A program made the translations under genes and the position numbers. Below, piece by piece: positions 13,159 to 20,400 of a stretch of DNA of 22,496 nucleotides. The stretch covers positions 1-22,496 of the forward strand of contig CAZFVS010000005.1 in assembly GCA_964522265.1 (NCBI GenBank). The letters are read 5' to 3'. The DNA is from an uncultured Gammaproteobacteria bacterium. Lineage in GTDB: Bacteria; Patescibacteriota; Microgenomatia; Daviesbacterales; UBA10151. The stretch's first letter is position 1, and every line of letters starts with the position of its first letter. The notes beneath the pieces were generated by a model that saw only the letters and a program-made list of their open reading frames with translations, made no database searches and was not told the origin of the DNA.

Positions 13159-16095
13159 ATGGCAGCTGACAAAATAATTATTAAAGGGGCCAGGGAAAAT
13201 AATCTGAAAAATATTGACCTGGAGATTCCTAAAAATTCCCTGGTTGTTTTTACCGGTATTTCAGGATCCGGTAAATCATCCCTAGCTTTTGACACCCTGT
13301 ATGCTGAAGGACAAAGAAGATATGTGGAATCACTGTCTGCTTATGCAAGACAGTTTTTGGGTGTAATGGACAAACCGGATGTAGATTATATAGAAGGATT
13401 ATCCCCGGCAATTTCCATTGACCAAAAAGCTGCTTCTCACAATCCCCGCTCGACTGTGGGTACCACAACAGAGATTTATGATTATTTGAGGCTGCTTTTT
13501 GCCAGGATAGGCCACCCTCATTGTCCTGTCTGCGGCAGGGAGATCTCCAGGATGAGTGTTGAGCAGATAACGCAAGTCATCCTGAGCGAAGTCAAAGGAT
13601 CTCATTCGAAGAAACGGAGAAGAATAATGGTGTTGGCGCCTATTGTTAAAGATAGAAAAGGTGAATATACTTCGCTTTTTGAGGACTTGAGGAAAAAAGG
13701 GTTTTCGAGAGTGAGGATAGATGGGGCGGTGAGGGATCTCGCAGACTCGCCTCGCTCCGCGGGCGGAGCGGGAGATTTCCTGCTGATCAAAACTAATAAA
13801 CACACCATAGATGTGGTGGTAGACAGGTTGGTACTGGAAAATCCGAAACAAAACAAAGAGTCAATATTAACCAGGCTTTCACAATCTATTGAGACTTCAC
13901 TTAAGATGGGGGAGGGGTCAGTTATTGTTTCAGATGTTTTAGATGCTTCCTTAGAATTTCCAGCAAATCCCAAAAAAATGCATGACCACCTTTTTTCAGA
14001 AAGGTTTGCCTGTCCGGTAGATAATATTGCTCTTTCAGAAATAGAGCCCAGGCTTTTTTCATTTTACTCGCCTCATGGAGCTTGTCCTGAATGCACAGGT
14101 CTTGGTACACTCTTGGAGATTGACCCCGACAGCGTTTTAAACCCGATTTTGTCCATTGCCGAAGGAGGGATACTGCCCTGGTCAAAGCTGGCAAATAATG
14201 AAACCTGGTTTACAAGGCTGATTGAGGCCGTCGGTAAACAGTACGGTTTTGATCTCTTTACCAGGCTTGGGCAAATTCCTGAAAAAGGAAGGACGGTTTT
14301 ACTGTACGGAGCCGGCGATCAGCAGTTTAAAGTTGAAGGCAAAAACAGGCAGGGTAGGTGGACCCATTTTTATTCCGTTTTTGAAGGTCTGGTGAAATAT
14401 CTGAAGGAGAGGTATAAAGAAACAGAATCAGATTATGTTAAAGCTGAGATCGAAAAGTATATGGTTAAGGAGATATGCCCCTTATGCCTCGGGTCCAGAC
14501 TTAAAAAAGATGTCTTATCTATCACCATTGATGGGTTAAATATCGCTGAAGTTACCACCCAGTCAATAAATGAGGCTCTGGATTGGTTTAAAATCCTGGG
14601 GTTGCCAAAGCTGACAGAGCGTGAAATAACAATCGCAAAACCGATCCTGAAAGAGATACAGTCACGGCTCCAGTTTTTAATAGATGTGGGTTTATCTTAT
14701 TTAACACTGGATCGGACAGCCATGACTTTGGCGGGAGGGGAGTCCCAAAGAATCAGATTGGCATCGCAGATTGGGTCAGGGCTTTCAGGTGTTTTATATG
14801 TTTTGGATGAGCCTTCGATCGGGCTTCATCAGAGGGATAACAGCCGGCTTATTGAAACCCTAAAGAGGCTGCGTGATTTGGGAAATACTGTTATTGTCAA
14901 CGAGCATGACGGGGAAACTATGGAAAATGCGGATTTTCTGGTAGAAATCGGACCTGGGGCGGGAGAACACGGCGGGTACATTACATTTACCGGTACACCA
15001 GAGAGGATGAAAAATGATAATAATTCCCTTACGGGCAGATATTTGTCAGGGAAGAAAAAAATTGAGGTATTGTCTGAGGGAAATGGAAAAACTTCTGAAA
15101 ACTTTGGAGCCTTGGAAATAGTAGGGGCCAGAGAACATAATTTAAAAAACATTACCGCTAAATTACCTCTGGGTAAACTAATTAGTATCACAGGTGTTTC
15201 CGGATCGGGAAAATCAACGCTGGTGTATGACATTTTGTATAAAGCCCTAGCAAATAAATTTTTCCGCTCCAGGGATAAAGCCGGACAATTTAAGGAACTT
15301 ATTGGGGTAGAAAATATTGATAAGGTAGTTCTTGTTGACCAATCACCGATAGGACGCACTCCAAGATCTAATCCGGCCACCTATACAGGAGCATTCACAT
15401 TTATCAGGGAGCTTTTTGCTTCGTCCCCTGAAGCTAAAATAAGAGGATATGGACCCGGTAGGTTTTCGTTCAATGTAAAAGGAGGTAGGTGTGAAGTTTG
15501 CGAAGGCGAAGGACAAATTAAAATTGAGATGCAATTTTTGCCGGATGTATTTGTAACATGTGAAGCTTGTGGTGGGAAAAGATACAACCGGGAAGCTTTG
15601 GATATACATTTCAAGGAAAAAAATATCTCAGAGGTCCTGGATATGACAGTGGAGGAAGCTTTGGAGTTTTTTAAAAACATACCCCAGATAAAAAATAAAA
15701 TAACTGTTCTAAATGATGTAGGTTTGGGATATATACGTTTAGGCCAGTCTGCAACTACTTTATCAGGCGGAGAGGCCCAAAGGGTAAAACTTTCAACTGA
15801 ACTCTCCAAGCGTCCTACAGGACGCACGATCTATATTTTAGATGAGCCCACAACAGGGCTGCATTTTGCTGATATTGAAAGGCTTTTGCAGATCCTCCGC
15901 AGACTGGTTAATTTGGGCAATACTGTAGTGATCATTGAACACAACCTTGATGTTGTAAAGAATGCTGATTGGGTCATAGATTTGGGTCCTGAGGGAGGGG
16001 ATATGGGAGGAAAAATTATCGGTGAAGGTACACCAAAACAACTGTCACAAATTAAAACTTCTTACACAGGACAATACCTTGCAAAAATACTTTAG
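13159..16095 (+). CDS. uvrA: excinuclease ABC subunit A
   Basis: MAADKIIIKGARENNLKNI, GISGSGKSSLAFDTLYAEGQRRYVESLSAYARQF, LSGGESQRIRLA, LDEPSIGLHQRD, GVSGSGKSTLV, RFSFNVKGGRCEVCEGEG, LSGGEAQRVKL, LDEPTTGLHF. ATG 13159 is preferred over TTG 13129 because TGgTACAAT at 13139-13147 lies between them. Confidence 0.95.
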   Translation: MAADKIIIKGARENNLKNIDLEIPKNSLVVFTGISGSGKSSLAFDTLYAEGQRRYVESLSAYARQFLGVMDKPDVDYIEGLSPAISIDQKAASHNPRSTVGTTTEIYDYLRLLFARIGHPHCPVCGREISRMSVEQITQVILSEVKGSHSKKRRRIMVLAPIVKDRKGEYTSLFEDLRKKGFSRVRIDGAVRDLADSPRSAGGAGDFLLIKTNKHTIDVVVDRLVLENPKQNKESILTRLSQSIETSLKMGEGSVIVSDVLDASLEFPANPKKMHDHLFSERFACPVDNIALSEIEPRLFSFYSPHGACPECTGLGTLLEIDPDSVLNPILSIAEGGILPWSKLANNETWFTRLIEAVGKQYGFDLFTRLGQIPEKGRTVLLYGAGDQQFKVEGKNRQGRWTHFYSVFEGLVKYLKERYKETESDYVKAEIEKYMVKEICPLCLGSRLKKDVLSITIDGLNIAEVTTQSINEALDWFKILGLPKLTEREITIAKPILKEIQSRLQFLIDVGLSYLTLDRTAMTLAGGESQRIRLASQIGSGLSGVLYVLDEPSIGLHQRDNSRLIETLKRLRDLGNTVIVNEHDGETMENADFLVEIGPGAGEHGGYITFTGTPERMKNDNNSLTGRYLSGKKKIEVLSEGNGKTSENFGALEIVGAREHNLKNITAKLPLGKLISITGVSGSGKSTLVYDILYKALANKFFRSRDKAGQFKELIGVENIDKVVLVDQSPIGRTPRSNPATYTGAFTFIRELFASSPEAKIRGYGPGRFSFNVKGGRCEVCEGEGQIKIEMQFLPDVFVTCEACGGKRYNREALDIHFKEKNISEVLDMTVEEALEFFKNIPQIKNKITVLNDVGLGYIRLGQSATTLSGGEAQRVKLSTELSKRPTGRTIYILDEPTTGLHFADIERLLQILRRLVNLGNTVVIIEHNLDVVKNADWVIDLGPEGGDMGGKIIGEGTPKQLSQIKTSYTGQYLAKIL
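13753..13770. repeat. intragenic GC-rich hairpin CGCTCCGC-GG-GCGGAGCG inside uvrA
   Basis: Perfect 8-bp stem, extendable by a T:G and a C:G pair. It encodes part of DSPRSAGGAGD. Confidence 0.7.
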
Positions 16096-16200
16096 GCTCA
16101 GCCGATTGGTTAGCCTCTCACCTTTCAGGTGTCAAGCTAAAAAATAGAAAAATCTCTGTTGAATTCGTAATTGAGCCGTTTTCCTGATAGAATTTACATA

Positions 16201-18087
16201 ATGATTAGTTCTCTCCGGCTTCGAACAATAATTATGAAGAAAATATTTTTTATCCTATCATTTGGTTTCCTTTTACTCATCACCCGGCACTCATCACTAA
16301 TTCCCCCTGCCCATGCAGCAGGTGAGTTTGCTACGTCTTATAATATTACATATGATGTAGACTCATCAGGGGAGACACAGGTTGAAGAAAAAGTCATTCT
16401 TAAAAACCTAACCGACCGTTTTTATGCATCTTCTTTTGTTCTTAGCATCGGTGCAACGCAAATTTCAGATGTTTCTGCATCAGATGCTCAGGGCTCGATC
16501 CCTGTGGAGGTTTCCAGAAATAATACAAAAACCAATATCGGTGTTAAATTTACCTCTCAAATTGTGGGTAAGGATAAGGAATATCCGTGGACCCTGAGGT
16601 TTAAATCAAAGGATTTTGCCCAGGCTCAAGGGAAGATTTGGCAGGTTTCTGTTCCAAAGATTTCGGCCTTAGAGAACCTTGATAGTTACAATTTGACTCT
16701 CTCTACACCGGTTGCTTTTGGAGACCCGACTTCTATTACCCCGGAACCAAAAAAACAGACCGAAGCAGGAGGCAGGCTGTATTTTTATTTTACAAAAGAG
16801 CAACTTACTGACTCTGGGATTTTTGCCAATTTTGGGACGACCCAAACCTTTAGTTTTAAAATGGTTTTTCAAGCTAAAAATAATGGGATTGTTTCGGCTC
16901 TTGTAAAAATCCCGCTCCCTCATGATACACAATACCAGCAGGTACTGTTACAAAAAATCACTCCCAAACCGGAAAATGTGACAGTTGATGGTGATGGTAA
17001 TTATATCGGCCTGTTTACGATTGGCCGTAAAGAGTCGCTTAATATAGAGGTTTTAGGGCAGGCCAAGCTTTTCTATAAAAGCCGCGGCATTGTGACTCTT
17101 AGTAAAGCAGAGGAAGCTTCCTACACATTAAGCCAAAAATATTGGGAAAAAGATAGTCCTCAAATAAAAACTAAGCTGGCTGAAATTTTTAAAGACAAGA
17201 ACCCAAAAACAAATTCGGAGAAAGCCCGTTTGATCCATAAATTCGTCAGCACCTTTTTACAGTATGACCAAAATAGACTGAAAGAAAAGAACTTCCAAAG
17301 GCTGGGGGCCTTAACAACTCTCTCCAACCCGGATAAAGCTCTCTGTGGTGAGTTTACGGATCTGTTTATTGCTCTCGCCCGCTCCGGCGGGATTCCGGCA
17401 AGAGAGTTGATAGGTTATGCATACACTTCTAATGTTGATTTAAGACCGTTGTCTTTCGGTGAGAATATCCTGCACGCTTGGCCTGAATACTTTGACCCTG
17501 CCTTCGGTTGGGTGATGATTGATCCAACCTGGGAAAATACCACCGGCGGAGTAGATTATTTCTCAAAATTTGACTTAAATCATCTTGCATTCCTGACAAG
17601 AGGACTATCCTCAGAAGAACTCTATCCGGCAAGCGAAGTTAGCGTTGATTTTACCGAAGCAGATTTTAAGCCAAATCCAGATATCAAGCCGGTGATAGAA
17701 TTCCCCCGGGAAATCTTTTCTGCTTTCCCAGCTAAAGCTACAGTTTATCTGGAGAATGCTGGCAATGCGCCTTCTATACCAACCAGCTTATCCTTAACCG
17801 CCTCGAACTTAAAAGTTGTAGATAATGGACCTTTTGCCGTACCTATTTTACCCCCTTTCGGATCCCAAGTATATCGGTTTGATTTAAGGTCCGGTAGGTT
17901 TTGGGAGTCTTATGAGGATATTTTACGTCTTAAGGTGGGGAATCAGGTTATAGAAAAAAAAGTTATCGTCAAATCTTTTTTTGCCCAACAGTATCTTGCT
18001 TACGGGGTGATAGGAGCAATTGGGATGATGGTTACAATTTATGCAATGATATTGTATTTACGTTTAAGGACTTCTAAGCATTCCTGA
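16201..18087 (+). CDS. secreted, membrane-anchored transglutaminase-like cysteine protease family protein
   Basis: N-terminal signal or anchor (MKKIFFILSFGFLLLI...AHAAGE). Cys-His-Asp core in ALCGEFTDLF, ILHAWPEY, VMIDPTWE. C-terminal TM YGVIGAIGMMVTIYAMILYL. The start is ambiguous between 16201 (7 nt after TGaTAGAAT) and 16234. Confidence 0.8.
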   Translation: MISSLRLRTIIMKKIFFILSFGFLLLITRHSSLIPPAHAAGEFATSYNITYDVDSSGETQVEEKVILKNLTDRFYASSFVLSIGATQISDVSASDAQGSIPVEVSRNNTKTNIGVKFTSQIVGKDKEYPWTLRFKSKDFAQAQGKIWQVSVPKISALENLDSYNLTLSTPVAFGDPTSITPEPKKQTEAGGRLYFYFTKEQLTDSGIFANFGTTQTFSFKMVFQAKNNGIVSALVKIPLPHDTQYQQVLLQKITPKPENVTVDGDGNYIGLFTIGRKESLNIEVLGQAKLFYKSRGIVTLSKAEEASYTLSQKYWEKDSPQIKTKLAEIFKDKNPKTNSEKARLIHKFVSTFLQYDQNRLKEKNFQRLGALTTLSNPDKALCGEFTDLFIALARSGGIPARELIGYAYTSNVDLRPLSFGENILHAWPEYFDPAFGWVMIDPTWENTTGGVDYFSKFDLNHLAFLTRGLSSEELYPASEVSVDFTEADFKPNPDIKPVIEFPREIFSAFPAKATVYLENAGNAPSIPTSLSLTASNLKVVDNGPFAVPILPPFGSQVYRFDLRSGRFWESYEDILRLKVGNQVIEKKVIVKSFFAQQYLAYGVIGAIGMMVTIYAMILYLRLRTSKHS

Positions 18088-18103
18088 TAAAATTTTCAAG
18101 CTT

Positions 18104-19375
18104 ATGATTCCAGACCATATTGGTATTGACAGATCAAAAATCCCGCACAGTACCGGGGTGTATATTTTTAAAGATGGAAAAGACAAAGTCTTATATATCG
18201 GTAAGGCGATAGATTTATATCATCGTATAGCCTCATACTTTTATGGACCTAAAGATTCCAAAACCTCCAGTTTAGTTAAGCTGATAAAGAGGTTGGAGAC
18301 AATAGTTGTTGAGTCCGAGATGGAAGCACTAATCCTTGAGGCAAACCTGATCAAGAAACATCTGCCCCCGTATAATATCCGTTTAACTGATGATAAAGAC
18401 TATCTTTATATAGCCATAACTGGGGGAGATTTTCCAAGAATTGTTACAGCCAGGAAAAAAGATTTAAAAGCCGTAGGAAAATATTTTGGACCCTTCCCTT
18501 CTGCCAAAACCGTCAGAACAACCCTAAAGCAGCTTAGAAGAGTTTTTCCCTGGTGTTCGAATCCGCCTAAAGGGTTACTGCGGAGGGCATGTTTTTACTA
18601 TCACTTAAAACTTTGCCCCGGTGCTTGCGTTGGACTGATTTCAAAATACGATTACCAAGAAATTATCAACAGGTTTGAAAAGTTCCTATCAGGAAAAAAA
18701 GCAGAGTTATTGAAAGAGTTGGTTTTAGAGATGAACCAATTTTCGAAAGAGATGAAATTTGAGGAAGCCCAAAACATTAAAAAAATAATAACGGGGATTC
18801 AGTATCTAACCCAGACGAATAGGGTTAGTAAATATCTGGAAAACCCTAATTTTTTGCAACAGGAAAACTTAGAAGCTCTTTATCGCTTACAAAAGGATCT
18901 CAATCTGCCGAAACTTCCGGTTAGAATCGAGGCTTACGATATTTCAAACTTTCAGGGTAAAGATGCCACAGGCTCAATGGTGGTTTTGACAAACGGTGAG
19001 ATTGATAAATCGCAATATAGAAGGTTTAAGATCAGAATTTCCGGCAGGCCCAATGATGTGGGGATGCATATGGAGATTATGGAAAGAAGACTGAAGCATC
19101 CGGAGTGGGGTATCCCGGATTTAATTTTGGTAGATGGAGGAAGAGGACAAGCGAAAGGGGTGCAGTCCGTCATTCTGGGAATGACGCCCATTTTTGGTTT
19201 GGCAAAGCGGATGGAGTGGCTTTATCCGCCTGAAGGTGAGGTAATTAAACTGCCGAAAAACAGTCTGTCTTTGCGCCTTTTGCAAAAAATCCGTGATGAA
19301 TCCCATCGGTTTGCAATAACTTACCACAAAAAGCTGCGGGAAAAAACTTTTTGGAATACAAAAAAGGCCTGTTAA
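18104..19375 (+). CDS. uvrC: excinuclease ABC subunit C, short form lacking the C-terminal (HhH)2 domain
   Basis: GIY-YIG (GVYIFKDGKDKVLYIGKA...LE), UVR motif MKFEEAQNIKKIITGIQYL, endonuclease domain RIEAYDISNFQG...LILVDGGRGQ...IRDESHRFAITYHKKLR. The protein then stops after 8 more residues. Confidence 0.9.
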   Translation: MIPDHIGIDRSKIPHSTGVYIFKDGKDKVLYIGKAIDLYHRIASYFYGPKDSKTSSLVKLIKRLETIVVESEMEALILEANLIKKHLPPYNIRLTDDKDYLYIAITGGDFPRIVTARKKDLKAVGKYFGPFPSAKTVRTTLKQLRRVFPWCSNPPKGLLRRACFYYHLKLCPGACVGLISKYDYQEIINRFEKFLSGKKAELLKELVLEMNQFSKEMKFEEAQNIKKIITGIQYLTQTNRVSKYLENPNFLQQENLEALYRLQKDLNLPKLPVRIEAYDISNFQGKDATGSMVVLTNGEIDKSQYRRFKIRISGRPNDVGMHMEIMERRLKHPEWGIPDLILVDGGRGQAKGVQSVILGMTPIFGLAKRMEWLYPPEGEVIKLPKNSLSLRLLQKIRDESHRFAITYHKKLREKTFWNTKKAC

Positions 19376-19386
19376 CTTGAAGCTAA

Positions 19387-19400
19387 CCGGCTGTTGCCGG
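19387..19400. terminator. short hairpin CCGGC-TGTT-GCCGG between convergent uvrC and the 105-aa gene
   Basis: 5-bp GC stem with no flanking T-run on either strand, so the terminator call is weak. Confidence 0.25.
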
Positions 19401-19402
19401 AG

Positions 19403-19720
19403 TCAAAGCAGAGCTCTCTCCGACCTAATCATTTCATAACCACAAACACACTCGTAAAGGTTTCTGTAAATGGCAGTATATTTGGTAAAATCCTTTACGC
19501 TGTCACCATATTCGGGGTTCCAGGGTTGATTTTGCATTCGGTGCTTATGTTTTGAGTCACCGAAAGCAACAACCTGCTCTTCCTTTTGACCACACAAGGT
19601 GGAGTATTCTCCGCCTGAAACGAGGTCAACAATTGCTGCGAACCCCTTCTTCGCTTGTTCCTGGTTTCTTCTGGAACCAGGACGAATCATGTGCGCAAAT
19701 TTAGACAACTCTTGGTACAT
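19403..19720 (-). CDS. hypothetical protein (105 aa)
   Basis: The ATG is preceded by a near-consensus promoter. Protein-like composition and no recognisable domain. Confidence 0.55.
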   Translation of the reverse strand: MYQELSKFAHMIRPGSRRNQEQAKKGFAAIVDLVSGGEYSTLCGQKEEQVVAFGDSKHKHRMQNQPWNPEYGDSVKDFTKYTAIYRNLYECVCGYEMIRSERALL

Positions 19721-19728
19721 GTCCTACA

Positions 19729-19757
19729 ATGTTACCCTAAAATTTAGGCACTGTCAA
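19729..19757 (-). promoter_or_regulatory. promoter TTGACA-17 nt-TAACAT, 8 nt upstream of ATG 19720
   Basis: Minus strand reads TTGACAGTGCCTAAATTTTAGGGTAACATTGTAGGACATG. Confidence 0.55.
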
Positions 19758-19761
19758 GTTG

Positions 19762-19770
19762 TGATACAAT
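19762..19770 (+). promoter_or_regulatory. extended -10 element TGaTACAAT, 7 nt upstream of ATG 19778
   Basis: TGA at 19762-19764 and TACAAT at 19765-19770. No SD. It lies 5 nt from the -35 hexamer of the divergent promoter, and its weak putative -35 would fall inside that promoter's spacer. Confidence 0.4.
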
Positions 19771-19777
19771 CAAAACC

Positions 19778-20182
19778 ATGAAGGCAATATTGCGGAATTT
19801 TTTGATTCATATAGTGACTCTCCTGACTGTGACTAAAATTTTGCCCGGCTTGACCTATACCGGAGGGATGAAAACTTTAGTTCTGGGTGCAGCGGGGCTG
19901 ATGGTTATTAACTGGCTGATAATCCCCCTTTTAAAAATTATGTTTTTACCATTAAATCTTTTAACATTAGGTTTTTTTACCTGGTCCATAAATGTTGTGG
20001 CCCTTTATTTTTTGACAATAATAGTACCGCAGTTTAGGATTATACCTTACTATTTCCCGGGGAGTGAGATCAGTGGGTTTATTGTACCGGCAGTGGAGCT
20101 TAATATTTTAATGGTAGCAATTTTGGCTTCATTTTTGGTAGGATTAATATCGCATCTATTGCAGTGGTTAACAAGCAAATGA
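19778..20182 (+). CDS. phage-holin-family-4 / DUF360 (PF04020, YvlD-like) membrane protein
   Basis: Four TM helices, with LPGLTYTGG, LIIPLLKIMFLPLNLLTLGFFTWSINVVALYFL, and IVPQFRI plus GF matching the YvlD-type pattern. Confidence 0.75.
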   Translation: MKAILRNFLIHIVTLLTVTKILPGLTYTGGMKTLVLGAAGLMVINWLIIPLLKIMFLPLNLLTLGFFTWSINVVALYFLTIIVPQFRIIPYYFPGSEISGFIVPAVELNILMVAILASFLVGLISHLLQWLTSK

Positions 20183-20400
20183 ATAATCAATTTATGTCGC
20201 TGATCCAGATTTTTTTGGGAATTTTACTTAGCGGGCTTATTTTACTTCAATCAAAAGGTACTGGGTTGGGATCTACCTTTGGAGGGGATATGGGTTTTTA
20301 TGGGACTAAAAGAGGAGCTGAAAAAATGTTGTTTATTCTGACAATTGTAGTTGCCGCTCTTTTTTTAATATCTTCAGTTGTGGCAATTTTTCTAAGTTAA
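20179..20400 (+). CDS. secG: preprotein translocase subunit SecG
   Basis: LLQSKGTGLGSTFGG signature between two TM helices. ATG 20179 overlaps the upstream stop (ATGA). Confidence 0.8.
   Translation: MNNQFMSLIQIFLGILLSGLILLQSKGTGLGSTFGGDMGFYGTKRGAEKMLFILTIVVAALFLISSVVAIFLS

Noticed and set aside
13574-13615. uvrA segment GTCATCCTGAGCGAAGTCAAAGGATCTC (VILSEVKGS; antisense reads RSFDFAQDD). It resembles a palindromic repeat I recall producing VILSEAKDL / FAQDD-type pseudo-peptides in many genomes. It sits at a spot where UvrA is about 6-7 residues longer than in E. coli.
   Set aside because: The VILSE residues align with native UvrA sequence (VLSQ in E. coli). The local inverted repeat is only 5 bp (ATCCT/AGGAT). 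The resemblance rests on memory of a repeat family that I cannot verify here.
13399-15827. Long antisense ORFs inside uvrA (150, 123, 183 and 148 aa), with similar ones inside the kinase gene (8030-8410, 8450-8758, 9536-9841).
   Set aside because: They lie entirely antisense to strongly conserved genes and have Ser/Leu/Pro/Phe-rich compositions typical of shadow frames. They have no start-site signals. I treat them as artefacts of codon structure.
16094-16140. tRNA-like fragment just after the uvrA stop: a D-arm-like GGCT...TTGGTT...AGCC, then a stem with a CTTTCAG loop that looks like a UUC anticodon loop. The same hairpins could also be a uvrA terminator.
   Set aside because: There is no T-arm (no GGTTCGAATCC-like sequence) and no acceptor stem. 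The D-loop is too long and the anticodon stem has only 3 bp in the tRNA register. As a terminator, the hairpins are followed by an A-run rather than a T-run on the plus strand.
17381-17415. GC-rich nested palindrome inside the transglutaminase-like gene (CTCTC-G-CCCGC-TCCG-GCGGG...GAGAG), considered as a fourth intragenic insertion.
   Set aside because: It encodes ALARSGGIPARE, which is the conserved transglutaminase-core segment following the catalytic Cys. It is therefore native coding sequence and not an insertion.
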